Both the position numbers and the translations under genes were made by a program. Source: the human T2T-CHM13v2.0 reference genome, Homo sapiens. From it: 64,000 nucleotides of DNA. The stretch is from the NCBI RefSeq assembly GCF_009914755.1, contig NC_060929.1. One strand, written 5' to 3'. Shown here in pieces: positions 22,271 to 33,619 of the stretch. The notes beneath the pieces were generated by a model. It saw only the letters and a program-made list of their open reading frames with translations, was not told the origin of the DNA and did no database searches. Numbering within the stretch: the stretch's first letter is position 1; every line of letters starts with the position of its first letter.

Positions 22271-25200
22271 TTGAGGCTATTTTTATAGAGGCTATTTTCT
22301 ATATCTTTAAAGCATGCTTCTTTTTTTTTAATTTTTTCTTTTGTCTCTTCTGTGAATTTTCAAATAGCTTGCCTTGAAGCTCACTAACTCTTTCTTCTGC
22401 TTGATCAATTCCACTAATAAAAGACTCTGATGCATTCTTCAGTATGACAGTTGCATTTTTCTGCTTCATACTTTCTGCTTGATCCTTTTTAATTATTTTC
22501 ATCTGTGTTAAATTTATCTGATAGAATTCTGAATCCCTTCTCTGTTTTCTCTTGAATTCCTTTGAGGTTCCCTCAAGACAGCCATTTTGAATTCTCTGTC
22601 TGAAAGGTCACACATCTCTTTTTCCAGGATTGGTTCCTGGTGTCTTATTTAGTTCATTTGGTCAGGTCATGTTTTCCTGGATGGTGTTAATGTTAGCAGA
22701 TTTTCTTCAGTGGCTTAACATTGAAGAGTTTGGTATTTATTGTAGTCTTCACTATCTGGGCTTGTCTATACCTGTCCTTCTTGGGAATGCTTGCTAGATA
22801 TTTTCAAGGACTTGGGTTTTGTGATCTAACCTGCATTTGCTTCAGGGAGCACCCCAAGCCCAATAACGCTGTGGTTATTGTAGACTCACTGATGTACCAC
22901 CTTGATAGTCTTGGGCAAGATCTGGGAGAATTTTCTCATTACCCCTTGGAGACTCTTGTTTTCTTCCTTTACTTTCTAGTAAACAAACAGAGTCTCTCTC
23001 TCTTCTGAGCCACCTACAGCTAGGGGTGGAGTGCCACAAGTACCCCTGTGGCCACCGCCACTATGACTGCACCGGATCAGACCTGAAGCCATTACAGCAC
23101 TGGGTTTCATCTAAGGCCTGCTGTAACCACTCCCTGGTTACTGCCTATGTTTGCTCAAGGCCCTGGGGCTCTACAATCAGCAGGTGGCAAAGCCAGCTAA
23201 GCCTGTGTCCTTCCCTTCAGGGTGGCAAGTTCTCTCAGGCCCCGAGTGAATCCACAGTTTCTGTCTGGGAGTCAGGGACTAGAGTCACAAACCTTAGAAG
23301 TCTATGGGGTGTACTCTTGTACTGTGGCTGAGCTGACACTCAAACCACAAGATACAGTCCTTTCCACTCTTTCCTCCCCTTTCCAAAGTCAGAGAAGCTT
23401 CACCTCATAGTCACGGCCACCACAGGCCATGAGGAGTTCTGCCTGACTGCTGCTGATGTTCGCTTAAGGTCCAATAATTCTTAAATAAGCATGTGATGAA
23501 TGCTGCCTGACCTGGGACTCACCCTTTAGGGCAGTGGGCTCCCCTCTGGGCCAGGGCAGGTCCTGAGATACTTGACAAGAGTCAAGACCTGGGATCAGGG
23601 ACCCCAAGAGCCCACTTGGTATTCTCTATCCTCCTGTGGCCATGCTGGTACATAAAAGTGCAAGGCAAATTCCGCTGTACTTTTTCTTCTGCTTTTCTCA
23701 AGCAGAAGGAGTTTCACCCTATAGCCACCACAGCCAGTAACATGCTGGATCTCACCTGAAGCCAGTGAATCTCAGAAGCTCACCCAAGGCCTTCAATGTA
23801 CTTCCTGGGTATTGCTGCTTGTCGTTCAGGGCCCAAGGGCTCTTCAGTTAGCAGGTGATAAATGGTGCCAAGAATAGTTTATTCTTTTCAAGGTAATAGG
23901 TTCTATTCTGGGCCAGGTTGTGTCTAGAAATGTTGTCTGGGAGCTAGAGCCTAGGAATTAAGGCCTCATGACTGAGCAGTGCCCTATTCTGCTGTGGCTG
24001 AGCTGGTACTCAAGATGCAAGACAAGGTCTTCCCCTCTCTTTCCTGTTCTTTCTTCAAGCGTAAGGAAGGGGTCTCTTTTGGAGTCAGGAGCTGTGCAGC
24101 CTGTGGTAAGGGGAAGGGTGATGCCAGCATTTCCTTAGGTGCTCCAGCTATCTCAGTAGGTTGTGTGTTCCATTGTCTCTTAGCCTGGTTCAACACTAGA
24201 ACTTGCCTAAGGGTTGCAGTCCTTATGTCCTAGATTGCCTTTCACGTTTACTTAGAGACTCAGAGCACTTTGGCCCTTAGTGGTGAGGTTTGTGGGAATT
24301 CAAGTTTTGACCTTTGGGATTGGTAATTCCCCTTTGGCTAGGGCTTGTTTAAATGCTCCCTCTGTGGTTGGGCATCAGCTGAATTTGGTCTGGTTTTGCT
24401 TTTTGCTCTACCAGGACAGCACTGAGTTCAGTGGCTCACAATTGCTGTGTTCTCCCTCCCTCAGCACCCAGAGATGCTCTTCTCAACATGCTGCCAATGC
24501 TGGGGTGATAGGGGTGGGGTGGCACTGGTGATTCAAGACTTTTTTTCTATCTCTTCAGTACCTCTTTCAGTGATGTGTAGTTAAAACCAGGTACTATGAG
24601 GGCTCACCTGGTTTTTAGTTCTTATGAAGGTGTTTTTTATTTTTTTCTGGGTAGATAGTTGTTAAGTTGATGTACTTGCAGGAGATATGATCAGTGGAGT
24701 CATCTATCCTGCCATCTTGCTCTGCCTCCCAGATAATTACATCACAAAGCATTTACTAATAATTAGGTGGGTAGCAAGATATTGGACAGATCTACCCAAT
24801 GAAAAATTGTTTTTTATTAGAGAAGTGATATATGCTTACTTAAATGGTTCAAATAGTGCACAAGTGTACAAATTTGAATCTGTTGTCTACCACTATTAAC
24901 TGCTTGGATGGTATCCTTCTAGGCTTCATTTATACAGACTTTGAAGATAGTTCAAGTTTGGTTTCAGACCACCATAATTAAATGAATGTTGCAATAAAGC
25001 AAGTCACAGAAATTATTTTGTTTCCTAGTGCATTTAAAAGTTATGTTTACACTATACTGTAGTATATTAACTGTGAAATAGCATTATGTCTAAGACAATG
25101 ATACCTTAATTAAAGCATACTGTATTGCTAAAAAAAAACACTAACAATCATCTGAACATTCAATAAGTCATGGTCTTTTTGTTAATAGAGGGTCTTGCCT

Positions 25201-25942
25201 CAATGTTGATGGCTGCTGGCTGATAAGGGTGGTAGTTGTTGAAGGTTGGGGTGCCTGCGGCAATTTTTTAAGACAACAATAAAGTTTGCTGCATCACTTG
25301 ACTCTTCCTTTCATGAGAGATTTCTCTGTAGCTTACAATGTTTGATAGCATTTTACCCACAGTAGAACTTCTTTCAAGATTAGAGTCAGTCCTCTCAAAC
25401 CCTGCCACTGTTTTATCAACTAAGTTTACGTAGTATTCTAAATCCTATGTTTACAGAATCTTCACCAGAAGAAGTTCCCCTCTCAAGAAACTACTTTCCT
25501 TGCTCATCTGTAAGAAACAACTCTTCATAGGTTAGTGTTATTATAAGCTTGCAGCAATTCAGTCATATCTTCGGGCCCATTTTTAATTCTAGTTCTCATT
25601 CTATCTCCACCACATCTGCAATTACTCTTTCCGCTGAAACCTTAAACTCCTCAAAGTCATCCATGAACATTAGAATCAACTTCTTCCAAACTTCTATTAA
25701 TGTTAATATTTGACCTCTTCTCAGGAATCACAAATATTATTATTATTTTCTAGAATGGTAAATCCTTTCCAGAAGGTTTTCAAGTTACATTGCCAAGATC
25801 CAACAAAGGACTCACTATGCATGGCACCCACAGCCTTGCAAGATGTATTTCTTAAATAATAAGATGTGAAAGTCAAAATCACTTCTTGTTCCATTGGCTA
25901 CAAAATGGAGGTTGTGTTAGTGGACATAAACACATTAATCTC

Positions 25943-26905
25943 ACAACCTACAGAATGGGAGAAAATCTTGCAATCTATCCATCTGACAAAGAGCTAATAT
26001 CCAGAATCCACAAAGAACTATTTCTAAACAAATTTACAAGAAAAAAACAACCCCATCAAAAAGTGGGCGAAGGATATGAACAGACACTTCTCAAAAGAAG
26101 ACATTTATGCAACCAAGAAGCTTATGAAAAAATGCTCATTATCACTGGTCATTAGAGAAATGCAAATCAAAACAAAATGAGATACCATCTCATGCCAGTT
26201 AGAATGGCAATTATTAAAAAGTCAGGAAACAACAGATGCTGGAGAGGATGTGGAGAAATAGGAACGCTTTTACACTGTTGGTGGGAGTGTAAATTAGTTC
26301 AACCATTGTGGAAGACAGTGTGGCGACTCCTCAAGGATCTAGAACTAGAAATACCATTTGATCCAGCAATCCCATTACTGGGTATATACCCAAAGGATTA
26401 TAAATCATTCTACTATAAAGACACATGCACACGTATGTTTATTGCGGCACTGTTCACAATAGCAAAGTCTTGGAACCAACCCAAATGCCCATCAATGATA
26501 GACTGGATAAAGAAAATGTGGTACATATATACCTTGGAATACTATGCAGCCATAAAAAAGGATGAGTTCATGTCCTTTACAGGGACATGGATGAAACTTG
26601 AAACCATCATTCTCAGCAAAGAAACACAAGAAGCGAAAACCAAACACCGCATATTCTCACTCATAGGTGGGAGTTGAACAATGAGATCACTTGGACACAA
26701 GGAGGGGAACATCACACACCGGGGCCTGGCAGGGGTGGAAGGCTGGGGGAGGGATAGCATTAGGAGAAATACCTAATGTAAATGATGAGTTGATAGGTGC
26801 AGCAAACAAACATGGCACATATATACCTATGTAACAAACCTGCACATTGTGCACATGTACCATGGAACTTAAAGTATAATAATAATAAATAAATTAAAAA
26901 AAATA
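25943..26905 (+). mobile_element. 5'-truncated L1PA (about PA6-7) 3' end
   Basis: ORF2 C-terminus with CCHC motif [18 protein letters not shown], 3' UTR and A-tail. TSD ACATTAATCTC at 25932-25942 and 26906-26916. Confidence 0.93.
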
Positions 26906-27418
26906 ACATTAATCTCCTTCTACATCTCTACCAGAACTCTTGTGTGACCATGCATGCTTTGTCGATAAACAGTAACATTTTGAAGAGATTTTTTTTTTTT
27001 TTTGGTCTCAGCAATAGGTCTCAAAAGTGGGCTTAAAATATTCAGTAAACAATTATGTAAATAGATGTGCTGTCTCTCAGGCTTTCTTGTTTCATTTATA
27101 GAGTAGGCAGAGTAGATTTAGCATAATTCTTAAGGGCCCTAGGATTTTTGAAATGGTAAATGATCATGGGATTCGATCTCAGGTCACCAGCTGCATTAGC
27201 CCTTAACAAGAAAATCAGCCTGTTCTTTGAATCTTTGGAGCCAGGCTGACTTCTCCAGCTATAAAAGTGCTAGATGGCATCTTTTTCCAATATAAGGCTG
27301 TTTCATCTATATTAAACATCTGTTGTTTAGTGTAGTCACCTTTATCAATTATCTTAGCTAGATCTCCTGGATAGCTTGCTGCAGCTTCTACATGAGCACT
27401 TGCTGCTTCATCTTGCAG

Positions 27419-27717
27419 TTTTTTGTTGTTGTTGTTTTGAGACGAAGTCTCGCTCTGTCTCCAGACTGAAGTGCAGTGGTGCCATCTCGGCTCACTGCAA
27501 TCTCTGCCTCCTAGGTTCAAGTGATTCTCCTCCTTCAGGCTTCTGAGTAGCTGGGATTACAGGCACATGCTGTCACGTCCAGCTAATTTTTGTATTTTTA
27601 GTAGAGACGGGGTTTCACCATGTTGGCCAGGATGGTCTTGATCTGTTGACTTTGTGATCCATCTGCCTCGGCTTCCCAAAATGCTGGGATTACAGGCAGG
27701 AGCCACCATGCCTGGCC
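27419..27717 (-). mobile_element. AluS (AluSc-like)
   Basis: Full dimer with (TTG)n tail, flanked by TGCAGTTT / TGCACTTT. Confidence 0.93.
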
Positions 27718-28109
27718 TGCACTTTTGTATGACGGAGACAGTTTCTTTCCTTAAACCTCATGAATAAACCTCTGCTAGCTTCAAACTCTTCTTCAGCAGC
27801 TTTCTCACCTCTCTCAGCCTTCTTAGAACTGAAGAGAGTTAGGGCCTCGCTCTGGATTAGGCTTTGGCTTAAGGGAATGTTATAGCTGCTTTGATCTTCT
27901 ATACAGGCTACTCAAACTTTTAAAAATATCAATAATAAGGCTGATTTGTTTTCTTATCATTCATGTGTTTACTGGACTAGCACATTTAATTTTCTTCAAG
28001 AGCTTTTCCTTTTCATTCAAAACTTGGCTATTTTGCAAAAGAGGCCTAGCTTTTGGCTTGTCCCAGTAAGCATAATCATTTCTAGCTTTTAATTTAAAGT
28101 GACAGCTGT

Positions 28110-28505
28110 CTTTCCTGTTAAAAACTGTCAATAAACGAGGTATTAAAGGAACATGCCTCAAAATGGTAAGGGTCATCTGTGACAAACTCACAGCCAACAT
28201 TATATTGAATGGACAAAAGCTGGAAATATTCCTCTTGAAAAGTGGCACAAGACAAGTATGCCCTCTCTAACCACTTTTATTCAACATACTACTGAAGTCT
28301 TAGCCAGAGACATCAATCAAGTAAAGGAAATAAAGGGCATCTAAATAGGAAAAGAGGAAGCCAAACTATCTCTGTTTGCAGATGACAAGATGCTGTATCT
28401 AGAAAACTCCATAGTCTTAACTCAAAAGCCCCTTCAGCTAATAAACAACTGCAGCAGTTCCAGGATACAAAATCAATGTACAAAAATTACTAGCATCACT
28501 TACCT
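28110..28505 (+). mobile_element. Orphan internal L1 ORF2 (RT region) fragment
   Basis: TGACAAACTCACAGCCAACATTATATTGAATGGACAAAAGCTGG and TTTGCAGATGACAAG (FADD motif). No 3' UTR or poly-A. Confidence 0.85.
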
Positions 28506-30124
28506 TGTTTATTATTGCACTCCAAACATGTGTCTGGTAAATGGTAGGCAATTACTAGATATTTGTTATTTAATTGAAAGGTATAGAAAAGCTGGAAATT
28601 TTTCATATGTCATTCCTAAATATTTAGTGTGCACTGAAACAAGGATTCTAGAGGCACGTGAGATCTAAGTTTTTCTTAGGAAGGCATATAGTGCATTTAA
28701 AAATTAATAAATACTTGAGAATTTAATCAACAATAATACCGTGCTCTTAATACGCATTATTGCTTAGTAATACTTCCTCTTTAGTGGTTTTGCTTCCAAT
28801 ATGAACTTTCAAACTGGCTAGGATTCACACTGAAGCCAGTAATCTCCCCATATCTTCTGTTCACCTGCACTTTGGGGCTGCTTATCTTGCCCAAGGAGAA
28901 CAATGTTCATTGAGTTACATATGAATGGACCAGGTAGGGCTTGTGCACTTTGATTGTTACAATGATTATATTTCTTACATCACCATTCAATGCTGATGGC
29001 TATGGTTATCTCAGCCATGACAGCAGGAGCCGTGGTTCCTTTTTGCACCACTTGTTTAGCTGCTTCTGCCAAAAATTGGTAGGTGAAAATGTAGCTCATG
29101 CTCCGTCACTTTATTTCTAAAAGAGAGCAACAAAAAAATGAATAACAAACAACTCTCTTATCCTCCAGAGGTATGGAGAAGTTAGAATTCCCTGTGTTCT
29201 CTTTTTACTTCTTCCCATCCAGGCACTCATAATAGTGTTAAAAATTCTTTTTTATTTCTTTAACTTATTCTAAAGCTGTCAGTCATGTTTACTGCTATAG
29301 CAATGAATTTGAACTTCTAAAGCATATGTTAGGTGTATAGAGCATTGCAACACATTTTTAAAACAAATGTAGGTTATTTGTTGCTTTACATCTCTGCATG
29401 GCTATGAAGATTGTGTCTGAAGGCCATTTGAGAAATTTGCTTCAAAATATATTGATCATTTTAATATAATTTAAAGACATTTTATAAAATTTTAGAATTG
29501 GAGTGTTCAAATGTGATAATACATTCTTTTACCGCCACCTACATTATTGAACAATACAAAGTACACTAGTTCTGCTGGTTCTTTGATGTTATAAGAATTT
29601 TATACTTCTAGATTTTGAGTTATTATTTGTACCTTGATAGTATCCAGTAAAGAAAATGAAAAGTAGTTTCATGTACAGATATAAAATAATGGAGCAGTCA
29701 AGCATAAAATTTTACTGGATGGTAAAATCATTTGTTTTTTGCTCCTGTAAATCATAGGTTAATTTTATTGTTCAAACCGTTTGTGTCTCCTAAAATATGC
29801 TTAAAACTTTTACACAAACTAGAGTCTCCTCACCAGTTAAGAAGCAGATTGTATATTTATAGCCTTTAGGATCTCAGGCAATGATTCAAACTGTTCTTAG
29901 AAGTGATGCAGTGAGCAAGAAAATTCCACTAACAATTTTGGCATTAGATTTCTGACAGATTTTGGTTTACAGAATGGAATCACAGATGTGATTAAACAAT
30001 TCTGAACATTTTCACAACACATTTGGATGGCTTTCAGATCCAGTTATCATGTTCCCAAACATCTTAAGATCAAAGGAGAAAACAAAGCTATCTGACATTC
30101 TTTAGAGTTTGGGATAGCCACTCA

Positions 30125-30975
30125 TTTTTTCATTAACAAACATTTCTTGAGCAAATATGATGTGCCAAGCACTATTCCAGAGGCATGGGATACATCTGCA
30201 AATAAAATTGATGAAAGACTCTGCTTTCATAAAGTATTAACTTTACTTGCCTTTATTTACATAAAATAAGTAAATTGTATACTATGTTAGAAGTTAATAA
30301 GTGCTATGGGAGGAAAGGGAAAGTGGAGCAGGATAAAGGAGAGTGGCAATTGCTGAAGAGGACATTGCAATTGGAGAGTGTGATCAGTCTTATTAAGGTG
30401 ACATTTGAGTCAAGACTTGAAGGGAGTGAAAGAGGTAGTCATGCATGTACTAGGCAAGAGCATTCTAATACTAGGACAATTCATGCAAAGGCATGGAAGT
30501 GGGAAATTTCCTGGGATGTTCAAGGAAGAGCAAAAAGGCCTATGTGGCTAGAGTGAAGAGAGTGAGAGGAAAGTAGCTAAAACTGTGTTCAGAGTGGGAA
30601 CAGGGGTCAGATCAACAGACTGCTGTAAAGACTTCAGATTTTTTACTATGAATGGGGAGCCAGCAGGGTTTTGAGTGTCCCTGGGGCTGGTATTCTGAGA
30701 CTAGGTGGTAAGGGGTAGAATGGCAGCAGTTAAGAGCAGATGAAGACAGGGAAAGAGCTGTTGGTGGCTTGGTCCAGGGTGGTAGCAGTGAGAAGTGTGG
30801 GAAATAGTTGAATTCTGGATATATTTTGAAAGTAACAGCAGCCAAATTTTTTGATAGGTGACAAAAGGGGCATGAGATAAAGAGAAGCGTGATTGTAAAG
30901 TATTTTGCCTGAGCATCCAGAGATTGGAGATGTCATTAAATAAGATTGTGGAGTGGGTGAGAGCAACAGTCAGGG
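30125..30975 (-). mobile_element. L2a LINE fragment
   Basis: TCATTAACAAACATTTCTTGAGC..TGTGCCAAGCAC tail; AAGGTGACATTTGAGTCAAGACTTGAAGG; ATTCTGGATATATTTTGAAAGTA. Confidence 0.8.
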
Positions 30976-31041
30976 GCAACACAACGATAAACCATAAAAC
31001 ATTTTTCTAGTGCAGGACCTATTTCATATTATTGTCATTTT

Positions 31042-31206
31042 CCAGTGTGTTATTACTTATTATTTCAATGTTTAAATAAGAACCATCTGGAAATTTCCAC
31101 TGTGGCGTAATTCAAGCTACTAACATGATGTCCCTGAAAGTGGAATTGGGAAGAAATGAGTACTATAGGCTCTTGAAAGACAGGGCAAGCTGCCTCGAGC
31201 ACACTG
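31042..31206 (-). mobile_element. MER63-like hAT element
   Basis: ATTCAAGCTACTAACATGATGTCCCTGAAAGTGGAATTGGGAAGA core, with CAGTGTG / CACACTG ends. Confidence 0.55.
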
Positions 31207-32199
31207 TGACTGAGCTCTGTGGCTTAGAACTCATCTTTCCAATATCAACTGGACATTGTTGGGACCTCCTGAGCATTAGGGCAGGCTAGTTTGTTATATA
31301 CACACTAGACTTTACATGTCTATATATGTGCTCGACCTCAGACTATAATTCAGCTGTTACATTTTGTAGGGCTGAGAATTTATTTAAAATAAGCATTCTT
31401 TTGGTAGAAATTTGGCTATAGGCTATTCTAGGAATCAGAGCCTTTTTTAAATTTTATTTTCTTGTTTGGATGTTTGGAATAAATTCACAATTTACACATA
31501 TTCCTTTAAGTTGAATACTTACAGACTGCTGACAACTATTGATAACTTGGTTTTTTGGTTCTAAGACACTTCGATCTAAACCAATGGCACTTGAAAATCT
31601 ATATATTCTCTTTAACAGTAATTCATTGAAATATTAATTTAGCAAACTCATTTTAGAGTCCAATGAACAGTGTCTTGTAAAATGAAGTCTGTTTGATTGC
31701 ATGACTGTATGAAAAATGCTGATATGTTTAACTTGGCTAATATAGAAAGTGTTCTATTGTTTGTAGTAGTGGTGGTGTTTTTCACCAAGTGTGCTGTGTT
31801 AAAGCCCATCTTGAATATTAAGCATTTGGTCCATGTATTGCTGCAAAATACCCTGGCTCTATAATCCTTTAAAGATAAATTGGGTGAAACAAATCTGACC
31901 AGTCCTGGGGGTATTAATTATATTTCAAAATGAACTCAAGCCCAGATACACATTTCTAAATTGCGATTTTCATGGAAAGTGATTATTCAGGACCGGTAAT
32001 AATATGAAATGTTGTAGTTTAGTAGATGTGTTATATTATGAAAACTGACAAAAGTAAGATTTTTTTTTTTGTGTGTGTGTGTGTTTCATGAGACATAATG
32101 CCTTACCATCATCAAACTTTAAAACCTTATTCATATGTAATATAAACTTATTTGTGCTAACTTCTTATTTTTAAAATTTGAAATAAAATTGACACATAT

Positions 32200-32364
32200 G
32201 TATTATCTAATATAGCAGCTCTTGCCATATATGGTTTTTGAGCATTTGAAGTGTGGCTGGTCTGACTGAGGAACTAAATTTTAAATTGTATTTAATTTTA
32301 AATAATTTAAATTTAAATTCTTATGGCCACATGTGGCTAGTGGCTACAATATGGAACAGTGCAG
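32200..32364. mobile_element. MER3-like hAT-Charlie MITE
   Basis: GAGCATTTGAAGTGTGGCTGG..GAGGAACTAAATTTTAAATT..GCCACATGTGGCTAGTGGCTACAATATGGAACAGTGCAG. Confidence 0.75.
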
Positions 32365-32559
32365 CCTCAGATAGTACCTCTCAACTGGGGATCTAGAAGG
32401 GAGTTAAATCCTCATGACCAAAGGCATACACTGTTTCTAATGCATCAGTTTACCTCTCGTGCATCAAGAATGATACTATGTATCATTATTAGAATAATTA
32501 AGAAGATAGCGTCTCAAATTATTTTCTGTGAGGTCTAATTCTCTCATTGCATCTAATTG

Positions 32560-33100
32560 AGAATGGCTGTTTTAGAAAGTTCCTTCATTTCCTTTTCCAT
32601 TCATACCACCCCCAAAGATCCCCCAAATGAAAATCACTATTCTTTTGTTTGTATCCATTGATTATTTTTGCCTATTCTTTGACTTCGTATAGATAGAAAT
32701 ATACAGTGTGTTTTATGTTGGGGACGACTTCTGTCACTTTACAAAATGTTTTTGAGATCCATATTGTATCTAGTAATAGTTCATTTATTTGTATTGCTAT
32801 GCAGTATTTCATTGTATCAACATATCAAAATTTGTTTACCTATTTCCAAATTTGTCCATTTCATTTAAGTTGACAAATTTATTAACATAAAATTTTCATA
32901 ACATCTTTTATTATCTCATTAATTTCTATAGTATCTATAATAATGTCCCCTATCTCATATTTGATGTCAGCAATTTACTTATTCCATCTTGCTAGGACTT
33001 TATCAATTTTATAAAAAATTTTAAAAAATGACTTTGACCTTGTTGATTTTCTCTATGGTTTTATATTTTATTTATTCCTTCATCACCATTAGCCCTTTCT
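32560..33100 (-). mobile_element. Old L1M fragments
   Basis: TTCATTTATTTGTATTGCTATGCAGTATTTCATTGTAT and AATTTGTCCATTTCATTTAAGTTG are L1M-like. Confidence 0.55.
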
Positions 33101-33234
33101 TTCACTTATTTTACAAGGTAAAATTAGTTAAAACTAATTAAATCTAGTTTTTCTCATAGGCTTTTATTTATTATATAAATTTCTGGTTATGTATGAAATG
33201 CCCATTCTTTCCCATTTATTTACTGATTCTGCAG

Positions 33235-33619
33235 ACTTCATTGAGCACCTTCTACCCCATGGAAGGTGCTGGGATAAGCATTAGTAAACAAGATCGCCAC
33301 ATTTCTTGCCCTTTTGTCTTCACAATTTTGTTGAGTAGGTGGATAGCGGGAAAGAAATGGCAAGGATAGCCAGGCCTGGTGGCACATGCTTATAATCCCA
33401 GCTACTTGGGAGGCTGAGGCGGGAGGATTGCTTGAACTCAGGAGTTTGAGACCAGCCTGGGCAATGTAGTGAGCCCTCAGTCTCAAAAAATAGAGAAAAA
33501 GAAATGGCAAGGATGATAACTACCATGATGGAAAAATAGAAAATTACAGAGGAATATTGGAGTTTATAACAGGAAACTTACATAGACTGGGGCTTGGGAA
33601 AAGCATTACTGAGGTAGTG
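33235..33619 (-). mobile_element. L2 3' fragment (host of the FLAM; left flank of the YTHDF1 retrocopy)
   Basis: TTCATTGAGCACCTTCTAC..GGTGCTGGGATA..GGAAAAGCATTACTGAGGTAGTG. Confidence 0.55.
33368..33497 (+). mobile_element. FLAM_A monomeric Alu
   Basis: Single ~130-bp arm with CCCAGCTACTTGGGAGG..GAGACCAGCCTGGGCAA. Perfect 17-bp TSD AAAGAAATGGCAAGGAT at 33351-33367 and 33498-33514. Confidence 0.88.

Larger units (their letters stand above)
10627..24730 (-). mobile_element. Near full-length L1MA (L1MA1-3-like), missing its 3' terminus; interrupted by two Alus and an L1PA
   Basis: L1MA-type 3' UTR at 10627-10960, ORF2 C-terminus (NKCWRGC.., 11297-11485) and ORF1 around 21700-22700. The 5' end GGGAGGCAGAGCAAGATGGC is at 24730 and is homologous to the element at 3489. 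Confidence 0.88.
24930..28108 (-). mobile_element. Tigger1 DNA transposon (Tc1/mariner-pogo), 5'-truncated, interrupted by an L1 and an Alu
   Basis: Tigger1 end GGTTTCAGACCACCATAATTAAATGAATGTTGCAATAAAGC. Transposase peptide [39 protein letters not shown] in ORF 27215-27520. Confidence 0.9.
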
